Shown here: positions 18,081-30,222 of the stretch, piece by piece
How the letters are laid out: each line of letters opens with the position of its first letter
How positions within the stretch are numbered: the stretch's first letter is position 1
Assembly: GCA_022844165.1 (NCBI GenBank)
Contig: JALHMH010000001.1
Coordinates: forward strand, 253,420-317,419
Reading direction: 5' to 3'
Length of the DNA: 64,000 nucleotides
Source of the DNA: Lysobacterales bacterium
Lineage (GTDB): Bacteria > Pseudomonadota > Gammaproteobacteria > Xanthomonadales > SZUA-5
Program-made: the position numbers and the translations under genes
The notes under the pieces: model-generated
Told to the model about the DNA's origin: nothing
Database searches by the model: none
Seen by the model: only the letters and a program-made list of their open reading frames with translations

Positions 18081-21000
18081 TCAACTGCATGGTTTGCGTC
18101 CCGTGAGCAATGACACCGCCACATCAGTGGCAGTGAACTCACCGCTCAGTGGTGCCTGGAAATTCGATTGGAACGTCCAGCGGCCAGTGCTCCCGCCGAT
18201 GGCGAAACTGCGGGTCCACTGCCCCGCAGGACGTTGCGTCACCGGCGTGAATGCGCAGGAGGGGCAGAACCCGGTGAATTGGTTCAGTGTCAATGGCGCC
18301 GCATTAAATGCGTTCTGTTGGCCCAGCAGCCAGCGTGGGCGGCCAGCGCCATCGTAAAGATAGAGCACAGAGAAGTCGATGCCAGGCCGGGTAAAGTAAT
18401 TGGCCCCATAACCACTGCGGGCAGGTTCGAACCAGAGCCCGGTTGGATCAAAACTCTCTCCGGCATTTTGCACGCATGCGCTGCTCGCCAACAGTTCCAT
18501 GGGCTCGCTGCCGCTGCGGCCATCGATCTCCCAGTTGAGCATCAGGCGCTCTTCTTGTCGAACCAATACAACTTCGCCCACGCGTTGTCCATCAGCACCA
18601 TTGTTCAACCAGTGATAGCGGAACAGATCAGTGCGAACATGGCTTTGTCCTGTGCTCAATGCGTCGGGGAAAGCGAGGTACCAGGTCGGTTGCTGGTTCG
18701 CATCGTAGGTGTACCAAACCAATTGCACCGAATTCCCCGCCTGCGTGAAAAGCAATCCATGACCATCGCGCGCCGGGTTGTAATAGACCTCGGCAGCAAA
18801 TGACGGCGCGATCGCCGCCGCCAACCGGGCGGTCACGACAACCGGTACTGCGGTGGCGCCGGTATTTCGAGGGACCACGTAGTAGCGCCCTTGTGTCAAC
18901 TGCGGCGCATCCAGCGTGATGGTCTCATTCGAATCGCCGCTATCGACCGCGATCAGGGCATCGCCCAGGGGCGGAGCTGTGGGCAAGTCGGGTCCGACAA
19001 TCGAAGTGGCACGCGCAACATAGAGCGAGGCGTTTCCAACACTGCCGCGTTGTTCAATTACCAGGCGCGTGGCACCCGCCGGCACATCAATCGCGAGCCG
19101 GTCGTGTTGGCTGCCGGCGCCGATCAAGAACCCGTAGGGCACGCCGTTACTCAAGAACCGCGTCGTCTGCGCGGCTGCACCTGTGCGTAGCAGAGTGACG
19201 GGGGTACGCGCAAAGGTCTCGGCGCTACTGCGACCTGCGCGCATTTCCAAAACCGCGAAAGCGCGTTGACCCAATGCGAGGCCCGCAACATCGTAGTGGA
19301 TGGATACCGGCAGGCTGGCGCCCTCATCGACACGTGTCGCAGCCATTGCATGGCCATTGCGATTGGCGTCGCTGTAAGCGATTGCCGCAAATTCGAGCAC
19401 AACTTCGTTGCCTGCCGCACTGCCGCTGGCATTTTGGATTCGTACCCAATACTGCCCTGCAGGTTGCTCGTCCAGCACGCAGCGCTCGACGGAAATGCTG
19501 CTGATGGATCGACAGCGTGCTTCGCCAGCCACGGCGGCGCCATCGCTGTTATCGTCGCGGCCGACGAACAAATCGATGTCCGCTGCAGTGCTGGACACAA
19601 CGTCGGCCCGTATGGTCCCGGTGCTCGGCAGATCGATGAGGAAAGTGACGGTGCCGGCATTGCTGTCGTATGGATCGTTTGGCGTTGGGTCCACGACGAC
19701 ATTCGGCCGTTCCCGGCGCGGCTCGACGGGGCCATGTAGCCGATAGCTCAGTGCATCGATCGCGACCAGATTGGCGAAACTCGCGTCGAATCTCCCGCGG
19801 TCGGCGTCCACGTTGACATTGACGTTATTCGGTAGATTGCCAGCCAGCGAACGCATCACAACCGGCAGCCGGCTTTCGGGAATCGTGGGATCGCTGGCGC
19901 GGATCAGCACCTGGCCGTGAGCGATCTTGCCGAGTACCGTTGGTGCACTGACGTCGACCACAAATTCAACGCTCTGCGTTTGCCCCGCACTCAAAGTGAA
20001 CGACGCCGGTGTGGCACTGATCGCAACGCCCGCCGACATACTTTCGACGGTGTAAGTACCAGCACGCACTGCGCGAAACGTCCTAACGAACGTGCAGCGC
20101 GTTCGGCACGTGTCGCGGTACAGGTTCGGCAAATTCAAACGCGACGGATCACCGCCGATGCGCGGGTTCTCGCGCTCGAAGTCTGCCAGCGACACTGGCA
20201 TCACCAGTCCTGCTGACAGCGCACGATCAACACGGGCACGGCCTGAACCCACATCAAGAGCGGTCGCCAGAATAACGCCGTCTTGTGTCCGCGATCCCTG
20301 TGCTGCCGTGAGCTGCAGAGCCGAGTACAACTCGCCGGCAAGCAATTCTTGCCGGCGGCTCCTCAGAAGCGCCAGCGCGCCGGCCATATGCGGCGAGGAC
20401 ATCGATGTGCCGCTCAGCGTACGCTCGCCACTGGAGTTGTGGGCCGGGGCCTGAATACTGACGCCAGGACCGGAAATGTTCGGTTTCAAGACCCCCGTGA
20501 TGTTGGGGTCGGGCCCGCGGGAGCTGAAGCTCGCCAGGACGTCGCCGAAACTGTCGTCGAGTACTGAACTCACACCGGCAAGTCGACCTCGCGCGCTGCC
20601 CTGGCTGGCGCGAACCCAGGCCTTGAGCGACTCGCCGTCGCGGAATCCCAAGTGCGTCGCCGGGAGAAAGTGGTCGTCGCTGACGATGCTGTCGCCTTCG
20701 GCCACCGTGTTGACCAGGACCATGCCACCTCCGCCGGCTCGTTGCACATTGAACCCCTTGGCGACACGCGCCTGTACGCCACGGTCGCAGATGACGATTT
20801 CGCCATTGAACACTTGACCGGTCCATGGACTGGATGCACCCGTAGGTGGACTGTCGAGGTTATCGCCTTGGCTGCAACGCGCTGAGCCCTGGCTCTCGCC
20901 TAAGACAATACGCACAGGTCCAATACCGCCTGCGAGACCAGCGCCGATAAATCGCACGGCCGGTGGTGCCACGGCGTTGCTGGACAAATCTGTCAGGACA

Positions 21001-22079
21001 TTAGCGATGCGACGGTTGCTCGTCGCGGCGGCGGCGGCAAGTACCCACGGCGAATTTGCCGGTGAACCAATGGTTGCTGCGGTTGGTCCGGAGTTTCCGG
21101 CTGAAACGGAAATGGCGATGCCCGCACGCGCGGCGTTGGCCATGGCTCGAATTGGCGGCGATGCACCACCGGCCAGCCCGGGCCACGGATCGATCGCGCT
21201 GCCACCAATCGAATAGTTGATCACGTCAACCGCATCGATCACGGCTTGTTCCAGTGCCGCAACCGTCGCCGAGTTCGGGCAAGAGCCGCTGGCATTGTCG
21301 TTAACGCATGCCTTGTAACTAATCATGTTGGCGCGTGGCGCAACGCCGGAGAGATTCAGTGCCAGCGTCGCGGTTTGACCGGTAACCGAAGTGCTGCGAA
21401 CGTTGCCAACCGCGGTGCCGGCCACATGGGTGCCATGCCCGTTGGCGTCGCTGCCATCGCGAGCGCCTTCGTCGGTGAAATCATGGATTCCGATGAGCTT
21501 GTTGTTACAGCGTGCGGCGGCTGTGCTGTTGCACAACCCGTAACGCTGCGATCGCGGATTGCTGTGGCGGTATCCGGCGCTGTCGAGTTCGGCAAATGCG
21601 GGGTGCGCAGAACTGATACCACTGTCGATGATGCCGACGATCACGCCTTCACCGCGCGTACCGGTCGCATTCGGCACCCCTGCCCAGGCTTCGGCGGCGC
21701 CAATCCAAGCTGGCCCGGCATCGGTGTGCAAACGCTCGAATGCGTCAGGACTGACCCGTGCAACGCCAGGCGTCTGCGCCATTCGTAGCGCCTCCTCGGC
21801 ATTCAGGTCGATGGTAAATCCATTGAGCACATAGCGATAGCGATGTGTGGGCACCTGACGACCCTTCAGTTGCGCACTCGACAACACGGCCTGCTGCTCA
21901 AGATCGATACGGGCCACATAGCGCTGCACGTCCACCGACTTGGTGTCGAGTTGTTTTGTTGCCGCAAACTGCGCCGCAGGCGGAGAGATCAGCTCCACGA
22001 TGTAACGCTGGCGCGTTTCAGCCAGGGCCTCGGTCAAGCCGCACAGAAGGACGATTACGGTAACGATCGACAAACGCAT
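18081..22079 (-). CDS. Secreted S8 subtilisin-like serine peptidase with I9 propeptide, PA domain and C-terminal accessory domains
   Basis: Signal peptide; triad IDSG, HGTHVAGT, GTSMSSP; PA-like segment ICDRG..ARV.K; PPC-like DIDLFV. Confidence 0.93.
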   Translation of the reverse strand: MRLSIVTVIVLLCGLTEALAETRQRYIVELISPPAAQFAATKQLDTKSVDVQRYVARIDLEQQAVLSSAQLKGRQVPTHRYRYVLNGFTIDLNAEEALRMAQTPGVARVSPDAFERLHTDAGPAWIGAAEAWAGVPNATGTRGEGVIVGIIDSGISSAHPAFAELDSAGYRHSNPRSQRYGLCNSTAAARCNNKLIGIHDFTDEGARDGSDANGHGTHVAGTAVGNVRSTSVTGQTATLALNLSGVAPRANMISYKACVNDNASGSCPNSATVAALEQAVIDAVDVINYSIGGSAIDPWPGLAGGASPPIRAMANAARAGIAISVSAGNSGPTAATIGSPANSPWVLAAAAATSNRRIANVLTDLSSNAVAPPAVRFIGAGLAGGIGPVRIVLGESQGSARCSQGDNLDSPPTGASSPWTGQVFNGEIVICDRGVQARVAKGFNVQRAGGGGMVLVNTVAEGDSIVSDDHFLPATHLGFRDGESLKAWVRASQGSARGRLAGVSSVLDDSFGDVLASFSSRGPDPNITGVLKPNISGPGVSIQAPAHNSSGERTLSGTSMSSPHMAGALALLRSRRQELLAGELYSALQLTAAQGSRTQDGVILATALDVGSGRARVDRALSAGLVMPVSLADFERENPRIGGDPSRLNLPNLYRDTCRTRCTFVRTFRAVRAGTYTVESMSAGVAISATPASFTLSAGQTQSVEFVVDVSAPTVLGKIAHGQVLIRASDPTIPESRLPVVMRSLAGNLPNNVNVNVDADRGRFDASFANLVAIDALSYRLHGPVEPRRERPNVVVDPTPNDPYDSNAGTVTFLIDLPSTGTIRADVVSSTAADIDLFVGRDDNSDGAAVAGEARCRSISSISVERCVLDEQPAGQYWVRIQNASGSAAGNEVVLEFAAIAYSDANRNGHAMAATRVDEGASLPVSIHYDVAGLALGQRAFAVLEMRAGRSSAETFARTPVTLLRTGAAAQTTRFLSNGVPYGFLIGAGSQHDRLAIDVPAGATRLVIEQRGSVGNASLYVARATSIVGPDLPTAPPLGDALIAVDSGDSNETITLDAPQLTQGRYYVVPRNTGATAVPVVVTARLAAAIAPSFAAEVYYNPARDGHGLLFTQAGNSVQLVWYTYDANQQPTWYLAFPDALSTGQSHVRTDLFRYHWLNNGADGQRVGEVVLVRQEERLMLNWEIDGRSGSEPMELLASSACVQNAGESFDPTGLWFEPARSGYGANYFTRPGIDFSVLYLYDGAGRPRWLLGQQNAFNAAPLTLNQFTGFCPSCAFTPVTQRPAGQWTRSFAIGGSTGRWTFQSNFQAPLSGEFTATDVAVSLLTGRKPCS

Positions 22080-22215
22080 AATGCAGTTCTCAACGGACGC
22101 CAGTTGCGATTGTAAGGCCTTGGCAACGCTGCGGCGCGCAAGTCAGCTGAACGAACTTTGCTTGCAGTTGGCACGTGAGATGATGTCGCTACCGTCGAAA
22201 TTCAGGGGGGGAACA

Positions 22216-23016
22216 ATGACGCCAGTTCGGGTAGCTGTGAATGGTGCCGCAGGCCGTATGGGCGTCGAGTTACTGAAGGCGGTGCATCAGCAGCCTGACT
22301 GCCAGCTCGTCGCCGCGATCGTAAGAGCGGCATCGGGTTGGGTTGGCGAGCCACTGTCGGTAGCGCTTGGTCGTAGCGCACCTGCGGTCGATTTCGGCGC
22401 CACGTTAGATCCCGATACGCACGTTGATGTGTTGATCGACTTTTCCACGCCGGAGGCTTTCGATACGGCGCTCGCGATCGCCGTAGAGCGGCGCATACCG
22501 TTTGTGTGCGGCACCACAGGGCTTGATCGCGCGCATATGCAAGCGCTACGTGAGTCGGCGAGCCGCGTGCCGGTTTTGTGGAGCGCCAACTTCTCGCTGA
22601 GTGTAGCGCTGCTGAAAAAAATGAGCGCGCAGGCGGCGGCTCAATTGGGCCCCGAGTTCGAAGCCGAGATTCTCGAGATCCACCATCGGTTCAAGCGCGA
22701 TGCGCCATCGGGAACCGCGCTTGCGTTGGGACGCGCTATTGCCGATGCCCGAGGGCAGCAGTTCGAAGATGTGGCGCGAATGCCGAACCAGGTTGCAACG
22801 TCGACGCGCGCGCAACACCACATCGGTTTCGCCGTCATGCGAGCCGCCGATGTGGTAGGCGAGCACACCGTAGTTTTTGCCTCAACCGGCGAGCGCCTGG
22901 AACTCACGCATCGGGCCAATTCGCGCGCCATTTTCGCCAGTGGTGCAGTTCGTTGCGCGACTTGGCTGGCGCGACAAAAGCCGGGTTGGTACGAAGTGGG
23001 CGACGCGCTCAGCTGA
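22216..23016 (+). CDS. dapB: 4-hydroxy-tetrahydrodipicolinate reductase
   Basis: GAAGRMG, IDFS, GTTG, EIHHRFKRDAPSGTA, VGEHTV. Confidence 0.96.
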   Translation: MTPVRVAVNGAAGRMGVELLKAVHQQPDCQLVAAIVRAASGWVGEPLSVALGRSAPAVDFGATLDPDTHVDVLIDFSTPEAFDTALAIAVERRIPFVCGTTGLDRAHMQALRESASRVPVLWSANFSLSVALLKKMSAQAAAQLGPEFEAEILEIHHRFKRDAPSGTALALGRAIADARGQQFEDVARMPNQVATSTRAQHHIGFAVMRAADVVGEHTVVFASTGERLELTHRANSRAIFASGAVRCATWLARQKPGWYEVGDALS

Positions 23017-23111
23017 GCCTTGTCGGCGCTTGTTGGACTGACGCGAGACCCATCGGCTGACCTCGGCTGCCGCATGAAGCCAACAACGCTCGACGGCCGT
23101 CGCCAGCCAAC

Positions 23112-23912
23112 TTAATGAGATTCCAGCAGGCGCCGCAGTTCGGCGGTCGAGCACCAATCCCGGTTGCAAACATATCGTGGTAACCACCAGCGGTCGCTGC
23201 CGGGCCCGACCGCGCCGGGTTCCGTCGATACCGCGCCGCGTAAGCCGATCTGCGGCCCGCGCGATGGCAGGTAATGTCGCCGCAAATAGTCACTGGCCTG
23301 GCCATAGGGATAGGCAAACGCCTGCGGACGTCGCCCGCTGATCCGTTCGATGTCATGGCTGGCGCGGTCGATTTGCAGCGCGCAACTTTGCGGGTCATCG
23401 ATTCGCGCGAAGTTGCCGCGCTTGGGATCGGTAGGATCGACGTCTGGGTGATCGTGATCCAAGCCATGGCTTTCGATGGCGATCATCTGCTCACGTGTGG
23501 CTTCGGACCACCAGTCATCAGATAACCAGCCGCGACCAAATAGCGAGAGCCGATCCATTTCTTCGCGCGCGCGGCGTGAGGCGATTGCGAAGCTGCTGGC
23601 GCACAAGGGTGTCCCGGTCTGCTCAATATGATCGCGCATCAGATTGGCGAAACTACGCTGCGGCCCGAGCCCTGGATAGTCGATATCTCGCCAATCCAGG
23701 ACCGCGCCATCGTCGAAGGTGAGCACCACGGCATGAGTCAGGCTCGACCAATTGCGTAACCCATCGAACGCATCGAGCACAAACGACAACGGAACAACGG
23801 GTCGGGCGCAATCGGTCAGCAGGCGCAGGTCGGCCGCCAATGCCACATGGTCGTTGCGCGCATAGTCGTCACCGCTGAGAATCTGAGAGTGGTAGGTCAG
23901 TATTGTAGGCAT
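23112..23912 (-). CDS. Polysaccharide deacetylase family protein
   Basis: LTYH, LTFDDG, SHGLDH, FAYPYG. Confidence 0.88.
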   Translation of the reverse strand: MPTILTYHSQILSGDDYARNDHVALAADLRLLTDCARPVVPLSFVLDAFDGLRNWSSLTHAVVLTFDDGAVLDWRDIDYPGLGPQRSFANLMRDHIEQTGTPLCASSFAIASRRAREEMDRLSLFGRGWLSDDWWSEATREQMIAIESHGLDHDHPDVDPTDPKRGNFARIDDPQSCALQIDRASHDIERISGRRPQAFAYPYGQASDYLRRHYLPSRGPQIGLRGAVSTEPGAVGPGSDRWWLPRYVCNRDWCSTAELRRLLESH

Positions 23913-24021
23913 CCGGCGATGCTAGCTCGCCAGAACGGGCGTTTCGTGATAACCAGTGAAATGGTCAACATTGGCTGTAGCGGCGCGAGGCCAAAGCCAG
24001 CGACGCGCGCGCCAGGGCCAT

Positions 24022-24792
24022 TCATTGCTTGAGTCGATAGCCTGTGCGGAAAATCCAGGAGACGATTGCCAGGCACAAGCACAGGAAGCCCATGGTTGCG
24101 GCGAGGCTGATACCGACCGCAACATCGGCGTTGCCGTAGAACGACCAGCGAAAGCCGCTCACGAGATAGATAATCGGATTGAAGAGGGCTACGGTTTGCC
24201 ACACGCCTGGGAGCATATCGATCGTGTAGAAAGCGCCGCCAAGGAAAGTCAGCGGTGTCACAACGAGCATAGGAATCACCGAGAGCTGCTCCCAGCTCTG
24301 CGCCCAGATGCCGATGATGAAACCGAACAGGCAGAAGCTCACCGCCGTAAGTGCGAGAAACCCGATCATCCACCCGGGATGGAGAATCTCGATTGGCACG
24401 AAGAGACGGGCAGTTGCCAGCGTCACGAATCCCAGAATCATGCTCTTGGTTGCCGCCGCGCCAACGTAGCCGCAGACGATCTCAATGGGCGACACCGGCG
24501 CCGATAACAACTCGTAGCTGGTGCCTGTCCAGCGCGGAAAATAAATGCCGAATGCGGCGTTGTTAATGCTCTCGGTCAACACCGCGAGCATGATCAGCCC
24601 GGGGACGATGAAAGCACCGTAGCTCACGCCGTCGATTTCGCCCATCCGCCCCCCGATCGCTGCTCCAAAAACGACAAAATAGAGCGAGGTCGTGATCACG
24701 GGCGTCGCCAGACTTTGTCCAACAGTGCGAAAGAACCGCGCCAGTTCGAAGCGATATATGGCGGACATCGCGCGCCAGTTGACTGAGATCAT
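24022..24792 (-). CDS. ABC-2 type transporter permease (YadH-like)
   Basis: Six TM helices, [24 protein letters not shown]. Confidence 0.92.
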   Translation of the reverse strand: MISVNWRAMSAIYRFELARFFRTVGQSLATPVITTSLYFVVFGAAIGGRMGEIDGVSYGAFIVPGLIMLAVLTESINNAAFGIYFPRWTGTSYELLSAPVSPIEIVCGYVGAAATKSMILGFVTLATARLFVPIEILHPGWMIGFLALTAVSFCLFGFIIGIWAQSWEQLSVIPMLVVTPLTFLGGAFYTIDMLPGVWQTVALFNPIIYLVSGFRWSFYGNADVAVGISLAATMGFLCLCLAIVSWIFRTGYRLKQ

Positions 24793-25733
24793 GCGGCCTC
24801 CCGGCGAGTCAGGCTGACAAAGATGTCTTCAAGCGAGCTCTGCTCGGTCGACAAGTCGCGAATGCCGATTCCGAGCGAGTTGATACGATTCAGCAGTTCG
24901 GGAATTCGGTTGTTCCCGGCATTGATGTCGAAGACATATTCGAAGGCATTCCCCTGATCGATCAGATTGAGCGACCAGGCGGCGAGTTCGGTCGGCAACT
25001 CTGGCAGCGGTTGCTGCAAATGCAACGTCAGGCGTTTGCTGCCCAGCTTGCGCATCAGGGCGCTTTTGTCGTCGACCAGCACCAGTTCGCCCTTGTTGAT
25101 GACGCCGATTCGATCGGCCATCTCCTCCGCCTCCTCGATGTAGTGCGTCGTCAGAACGATGGTGACGCCGCGCTCGCGCAGGCCGCGCACCAGCGCCCAC
25201 ATGTCCCGACGCAATTCGACATCGACACCTGCGGTGGGTTCGTCCAGAAAAAGTAGGCGGGGTTCGTGGGCGAGCGCTTTGGCGATCATGACGCGCCGCT
25301 TCATGCCGCCGGACAAGGTCTGTATGCGATCGCTGCGTTTGTCCCACAGCGACAGTCCGCGCAGCAATTCTTCAATCAACCGCTGATTGGGTGGTTTGGC
25401 GAACAGTCCGCGCGTAAAGCGCATTGCCGCCATCGGTGTCTCGAACATCTCAGTTGCCAACTCTTGCGGCACCAGGCCGATGAGCGCACGGGCCTGCCGA
25501 TAGTCGCTTGCGTGATCGAAGCCGCCGACACGAACCGTTCCGCCGCTAGCGCGCAGCAGACCGCAAACCAACCCAATCAAAGTGGTCTTGCCGGCGCCAT
25601 TTGGGCCAAGAAGCGCAAAGATCTCGCCCTCGCGGATCGACAGATGAATCGGTTTGAGAGCCTGCAGGCCGGACGCATAGGTCTTGCAAAGTCCATCGAT
25701 CTCCAGGATGTTGCGCATTGCGGCTGCCACCAT
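24789..25733 (-). CDS. ABC transporter ATP-binding protein (YadG-like)
   Basis: [27 protein letters not shown]. Confidence 0.94.
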   Translation of the reverse strand: MVAAAMRNILEIDGLCKTYASGLQALKPIHLSIREGEIFALLGPNGAGKTTLIGLVCGLLRASGGTVRVGGFDHASDYRQARALIGLVPQELATEMFETPMAAMRFTRGLFAKPPNQRLIEELLRGLSLWDKRSDRIQTLSGGMKRRVMIAKALAHEPRLLFLDEPTAGVDVELRRDMWALVRGLRERGVTIVLTTHYIEEAEEMADRIGVINKGELVLVDDKSALMRKLGSKRLTLHLQQPLPELPTELAAWSLNLIDQGNAFEYVFDINAGNNRIPELLNRINSLGIGIRDLSTEQSSLEDIFVSLTRREAA

Positions 25734-26054
25734 CGACTCGGGTGCGCATCATGGCGAATTTGTTGATTGCGGCAAACGGTCAGGACTGTCTGGCTCTGCG
25801 GTGGCCGATCAATATGACGGTAGCACCTGGGGTACAGTTGTGCGTCGCCAGGGGTGAACCGATATCAATCGCCCAGTTCGGGTGTAACACTCGGCAAGTC
25901 CCTGCATTTTCGGCGGACTGACAGCGTCTTGAAGCACAGTGCGTGATCCGAAGCGTCATAACCTGCGCGCATTCGATCGCTCGATCAGGCCGGCTGGCGC
26001 CTGAATGAGCTGGAATTGTGCGATCACATGGTCGCCAGGAGCCGTCCTCGGCCG

Positions 26055-26084
26055 TTGACAGGCAAGCCCTCCTGCACTGAGAAT
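26055..26084 (+). promoter_or_regulatory. Putative sigma70 promoter of the tRNA-tuf operon
   Basis: TTGACA-N18-GAGAAT followed by GC-rich discriminator GCCGGGC. Confidence 0.6.
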
Positions 26085-26099
26085 GCCGGGCTCCGTTGG

Positions 26100-26184
26100 G
26101 GAGGGATACCCAAGCGGCCAAAGGGGGCTGACTGTAAATCAGCTGTCATCGACTTCGGTGGTTCGAATCCACCTCCCTCCACCA
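26100..26184 (+). tRNA. tRNA-Tyr(GTA)
   Basis: GGAGGGA acceptor, CTGTAAA loop, long variable arm, CCA end. Confidence 0.96.
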
Positions 26185-26234
26185 GTCGTTGTGTAACCGG
26201 AGTGTGTACGCGATAGCTGAGCGATCTCCAAAAT

Positions 26235-26308
<74 letters not shown>

Positions 26309-26468
26309 GGCATCAGAACGTTGTACTGAGATTCACTTGCCGGCCACGGATGGTCGGCTCAGCCAAGCCAAATAATGGCTTGGGTTGGGTCAAACGAAGA
26401 CGGCAAGTGCCGTTTCGGTAGAAGGATCGTAGAGCTCCGGAAAGGCTCTCGGTCTGGCAAAAATTGCT

Positions 26469-26544
26469 GCCCCCGTAGCTCAGTCGGTAGAGCACCTCCT
26501 TGGTAAGGAGGAGGTCGTTGGTTCGATTCCAATCGTGGGCACCA
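26469..26544 (+). tRNA. tRNA-Thr(GGT)
   Basis: CTCC-TTGGTAA-GGAG anticodon arm, CCA end, canonical position upstream of tuf. Confidence 0.94.
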
Positions 26545-26591
26545 CTCATCAATCGTTATTCATCATCTACAAACGCTAACAGAGGTTTCGC

Positions 26592-27782
26592 ATGTCCAAG
26601 GGTAAATTCGAACGCACCAAGCCGCACGTGAACGTGGGGACGATTGGGCATGTGGATCACGGCAAGACGACGCTGACAGCGGCGCTGACGAAGATTGGCG
26701 CAGAGCGCTTCGGCGGCGAGTTCAAGGCCTACGATCAGATCGACAAGGCGCCGGAAGAAAAAGCGCGCGGCATCACGATTTCGACGGCGCATGTCGAGTA
26801 CGAATCGCCGAATCGCCACTATGCGCACGTCGATTGCCCTGGCCACGCCGACTACGTGAAGAACATGATCACCGGAGCGGCGCAGATGGACGGTGCGATT
26901 CTGGTGTGTTCGGCCGCTGACGGCCCGATGCCGCAAACGCGCGAGCACATTCTGCTGTCGCGTCAGGTGGGCGTGCCGTACATCGTCGTGTACTTGAACA
27001 AGGCCGACATGGTCGACGACGCCGAGCTTCTTGAGCTGGTCGAGATGGAAGTTCGCGAGCTGTTGAGCAAGTACGATTTCCCGGGCGACGACACGCCGAT
27101 CATCAAGGGTTCGGCACTCAAGGCACTGGAAGGCGACCAGAGCGAGATTGGTGTGCCGTCGATCATTAAGCTGGTCGAGGCGCTGGACACGTACATTCCG
27201 GAGCCGCAGCGTGACATTGACAAGCCGTTCCTGATGCCAGTGGAAGACGTGTTCTCGATCTCGGGTCGTGGCACGGTCGTTACTGGTCGCGTTGAGCGCG
27301 GCATCGTCAAGGTGGGTGAGGAAATCGAGATTGTGGGATTGAAGGCCACGATCAAGACGATCGTGACGGGCGTTGAGATGTTCCGCAAGCTGCTGGATCA
27401 AGGTCAGGCGGGCGACAACGTGGGTTTGCTGCTGCGCGGCACGAAGCGCGACGACGTTGAGCGTGGTCAGGTGATCTGCAAGCCAGGTTCGATCACGCCG
27501 CACACCAAGTTCGAAGCAGAGGTGTACGTGCTGAGCAAGGACGAGGGTGGGCGTCACACGCCGTTCTTCAAGGGTTACCGTCCGCAGTTTTACTTCCGCA
27601 CGACGGACGTGACGGGCAATTGCGAGTTGCCGGAAGGCGTCGAGATGGTGATGCCGGGCGACAACGTGAAGATGGTGGTGTCGCTGATCCAGCCGATCGC
27701 GATGGAAGACGGCTTACGCTTCGCGATTCGCGAAGGCGGCCGTACCGTCGGTGCCGGAGTCGTTGCCAAGGTGATCGAATAA
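26592..27782 (+). CDS. tuf: Elongation factor Tu
   Basis: [20 protein letters not shown]. Confidence 0.99.
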   Translation: MSKGKFERTKPHVNVGTIGHVDHGKTTLTAALTKIGAERFGGEFKAYDQIDKAPEEKARGITISTAHVEYESPNRHYAHVDCPGHADYVKNMITGAAQMDGAILVCSAADGPMPQTREHILLSRQVGVPYIVVYLNKADMVDDAELLELVEMEVRELLSKYDFPGDDTPIIKGSALKALEGDQSEIGVPSIIKLVEALDTYIPEPQRDIDKPFLMPVEDVFSISGRGTVVTGRVERGIVKVGEEIEIVGLKATIKTIVTGVEMFRKLLDQGQAGDNVGLLLRGTKRDDVERGQVICKPGSITPHTKFEAEVYVLSKDEGGRHTPFFKGYRPQFYFRTTDVTGNCELPEGVEMVMPGDNVKMVVSLIQPIAMEDGLRFAIREGGRTVGAGVVAKVIE

Positions 27783-27794
27783 GCGAATAGCCAC

Positions 27795-27870
<76 letters not shown>

Positions 27871-27936
27871 TGTTTCGGTGATTTGAAAAAGAGCACCAGG
27901 GTTGGCGACAACCCTGGTGGTCGTGTAGCAGGCTCA

Positions 27937-28314
27937 ATGAACGACAAGACTGACATCAAGACAGGCGCGTCTGCGCTCGACATAGCCAAACTCGTATTGG
28001 GCGTGGTCATTGCAGTGGGCGCGGCCATCGCGTTTTACTGGTTCGAAGATCAGTGGCCCATGTATGCCCGCGTGCTGACGGTGCTCGTCGGTGTTGGCAT
28101 AGGCGGGGCAGTTGCCGCCATCAGCGCGCCGGGCATTCAGTTCCGCAATTTTCTCAAAGACGCTCAGTTTGAGGTGCGTAAAGTTGTCTGGCCAACGCGC
28201 CAGGAAACCTGGCAAACCACGATGATCGTTGGTGTTGCGGTGCTGGTCATTGGCATCGTCATTTGGATGATCGACATGATCCTTGCCTGGATCGTGCGGC
28301 TGATGATGGGCTGA
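27937..28314 (+). CDS. secE: Preprotein translocase subunit SecE
   Basis: [13 protein letters not shown], three TM helices, synteny. Confidence 0.96.
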   Translation: MNDKTDIKTGASALDIAKLVLGVVIAVGAAIAFYWFEDQWPMYARVLTVLVGVGIGGAVAAISAPGIQFRNFLKDAQFEVRKVVWPTRQETWQTTMIVGVAVLVIGIVIWMIDMILAWIVRLMMG

Positions 28315-28318
28315 TGCC

Positions 28319-28879
28319 ATGAGCAAGCGCTGGTACGTAGTACATGCCTACTCGGGCTTCGAGAACACCGTGCGCAAGTCGCTCGATGATCGTATCGCTC
28401 GTTCGGGGTTACAGGATCGCTTCGGTCAGGTCCTGGTTCCAACCGAAGAAGTCATCGAAATGCGCCACGGACAGAAGCGCAAGTCGGAACGAAAATTCTT
28501 CCCAGGCTATGTGCTGGTGCAGATAGAAACCCATGTCGATGGGCGCAGTTTGCGCATCGACGATGAGTGCTGGCACTTGGTCAAAGAAACGCCAAAGGTG
28601 ATGGGCTTTATCGGTGGCACGGCTGACAAGCCGCTGCCGATTGCTGATAAGGAAGCCGATGTCATCCTGCAGCGCGTGCAGGACGGTGTCGATAAGCCCA
28701 AGCCCAAAGTCTTGTTCGAGCCCGGCGAAATGGTGCGTGTCACCGAAGGGCCTTTCAACGACTTTAATGCAGTGGTTGAGGAAGTCAATTACGACAAGAA
28801 TCGCCTCAAAGTGGCGGTCTTGATTTTCGGCCGATCCACACCGGTCGAATTGGAATTTGGTCAGGTAGAAAAAGCCTGA
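28319..28879 (+). CDS. nusG: Transcription termination/antitermination factor NusG
   Basis: [29 protein letters not shown]. Confidence 0.98.
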   Translation: MSKRWYVVHAYSGFENTVRKSLDDRIARSGLQDRFGQVLVPTEEVIEMRHGQKRKSERKFFPGYVLVQIETHVDGRSLRIDDECWHLVKETPKVMGFIGGTADKPLPIADKEADVILQRVQDGVDKPKPKVLFEPGEMVRVTEGPFNDFNAVVEEVNYDKNRLKVAVLIFGRSTPVELEFGQVEKA

Positions 28880-29000
28880 TCGCTAAAACGGTTCGCATTG
28901 CTGCCGAGTGCTGTACTTGTCACCTTGCAGGCCGAACGACAACCGATGGAGGAGTCCCGCAGCGTATGCGTGCAGACGTTTGAACTCCAGGAGAACTTAA

Positions 29001-29429
29001 ATGGCTAAAAAGGTCACCGGCTACATTAAGCTACAAGTTAAGGCTGGCGAGGCGAATCCGTCGCCGCCAGTGGGTCCCGCACTCGGCCAACGTGGTGTCA
29101 ACATCATGGAGTTCTGCAAGCAGTTCAACGCTGCCACGCAGAAGACTGAAAAAGGCACGCCATTGCCGGTGATCATCACCGTCTACAGCGACCGTTCGTT
29201 CACCTTTATCACCAAGACGCCACCGGCGACGATTCTGATCAAGAAGGCGATCGGTCTGGCGAAGGGCAGTTCGCGTCCGAATACGGAAAAAGTTGGCAAA
29301 GTCACGCGTAAGCAGTTGGAAGACATCGCGACCACCAAGATGCCGGATTTGACGGCAGCCGACCTCGACGCCGCTGTGCGCACCATCGCTGGAAGTGCCC
29401 GCAGCATGGGCTTGAATGTGGAGATCTGA
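29001..29429 (+). CDS. rplK: 50S ribosomal protein L11
   Basis: [13 protein letters not shown]. Confidence 0.98.
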   Translation: MAKKVTGYIKLQVKAGEANPSPPVGPALGQRGVNIMEFCKQFNAATQKTEKGTPLPVIITVYSDRSFTFITKTPPATILIKKAIGLAKGSSRPNTEKVGKVTRKQLEDIATTKMPDLTAADLDAAVRTIAGSARSMGLNVEI

Positions 29430-29433
29430 TGCC

Positions 29434-30135
29434 ATGGCCAAAATGACCAAACGTGTAAAAGCGCTCCAGGGTGTTGTGACTCCGGGCAAGGCTTATGCGG
29501 TCGAGGAAGCGCTGTCGATCCTGAAGACGCACTCGAAAGTGAAGTTTGTTGAATCCGTCGACGTCGCAGTACGCCTGGGTATCGATGCGAAGAAATCAGA
29601 CCAGGGTGTCCGCGGCTCAACCTTGCTGCCCAACGGAACCGGCAAGACGGTTCGCGTCGCGGTGTTCTGTCCACCGGGTGAAAAGGCCGAGGCCGCCAAG
29701 GCCGCAGGTGCCGACGCAGTTGGCATGGACGATCTGGCCGAAAAAATGCAGGGCGGCGAGCTGAATTTTGGTCGCGTCATCGCAACTCCGGATGCGATGC
29801 GCGTCGTCGGGAAGCTCGGTCAGTTGCTTGGTCCGCGTGGCTTGATGCCCAATCCGAAAGACGGCTCGGTCACACCCGACGTTGTGACGGCGGTGAAAAA
29901 CGCCAAAGCGGGTCAGGTCAAGTATCGCAACGACAAAGGCGGCATCGTGCATTGCACGATTGGCAAGGCCAACTTTGAGGTCGGCGCGCTGAAAGAGAAT
30001 TTGAATGCTCTGCTGTCGGATCTGGTCAGGCTGAAGCCGGCTGCTTCCAAAGGACAGTATCTGACAAAGATCAGTCTGTCGACGACGATGGGAATGGGTG
30101 TGATTGTCGATCCTTCGACGATCTCGACCAAGTAA
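29434..30135 (+). CDS. rplA: 50S ribosomal protein L1
   Basis: [19 protein letters not shown]. Confidence 0.98.
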   Translation: MAKMTKRVKALQGVVTPGKAYAVEEALSILKTHSKVKFVESVDVAVRLGIDAKKSDQGVRGSTLLPNGTGKTVRVAVFCPPGEKAEAAKAAGADAVGMDDLAEKMQGGELNFGRVIATPDAMRVVGKLGQLLGPRGLMPNPKDGSVTPDVVTAVKNAKAGQVKYRNDKGGIVHCTIGKANFEVGALKENLNALLSDLVRLKPAASKGQYLTKISLSTTMGMGVIVDPSTISTK

Positions 30136-30222
30136 AGCAATTGTGCGGTTTCGGGTAGCGAAAGTCGCAGCCCGAATCAGACAAGAGGTTTTGAGGGCTC
30201 CCGCCATTGAATCGGCGAGAAC

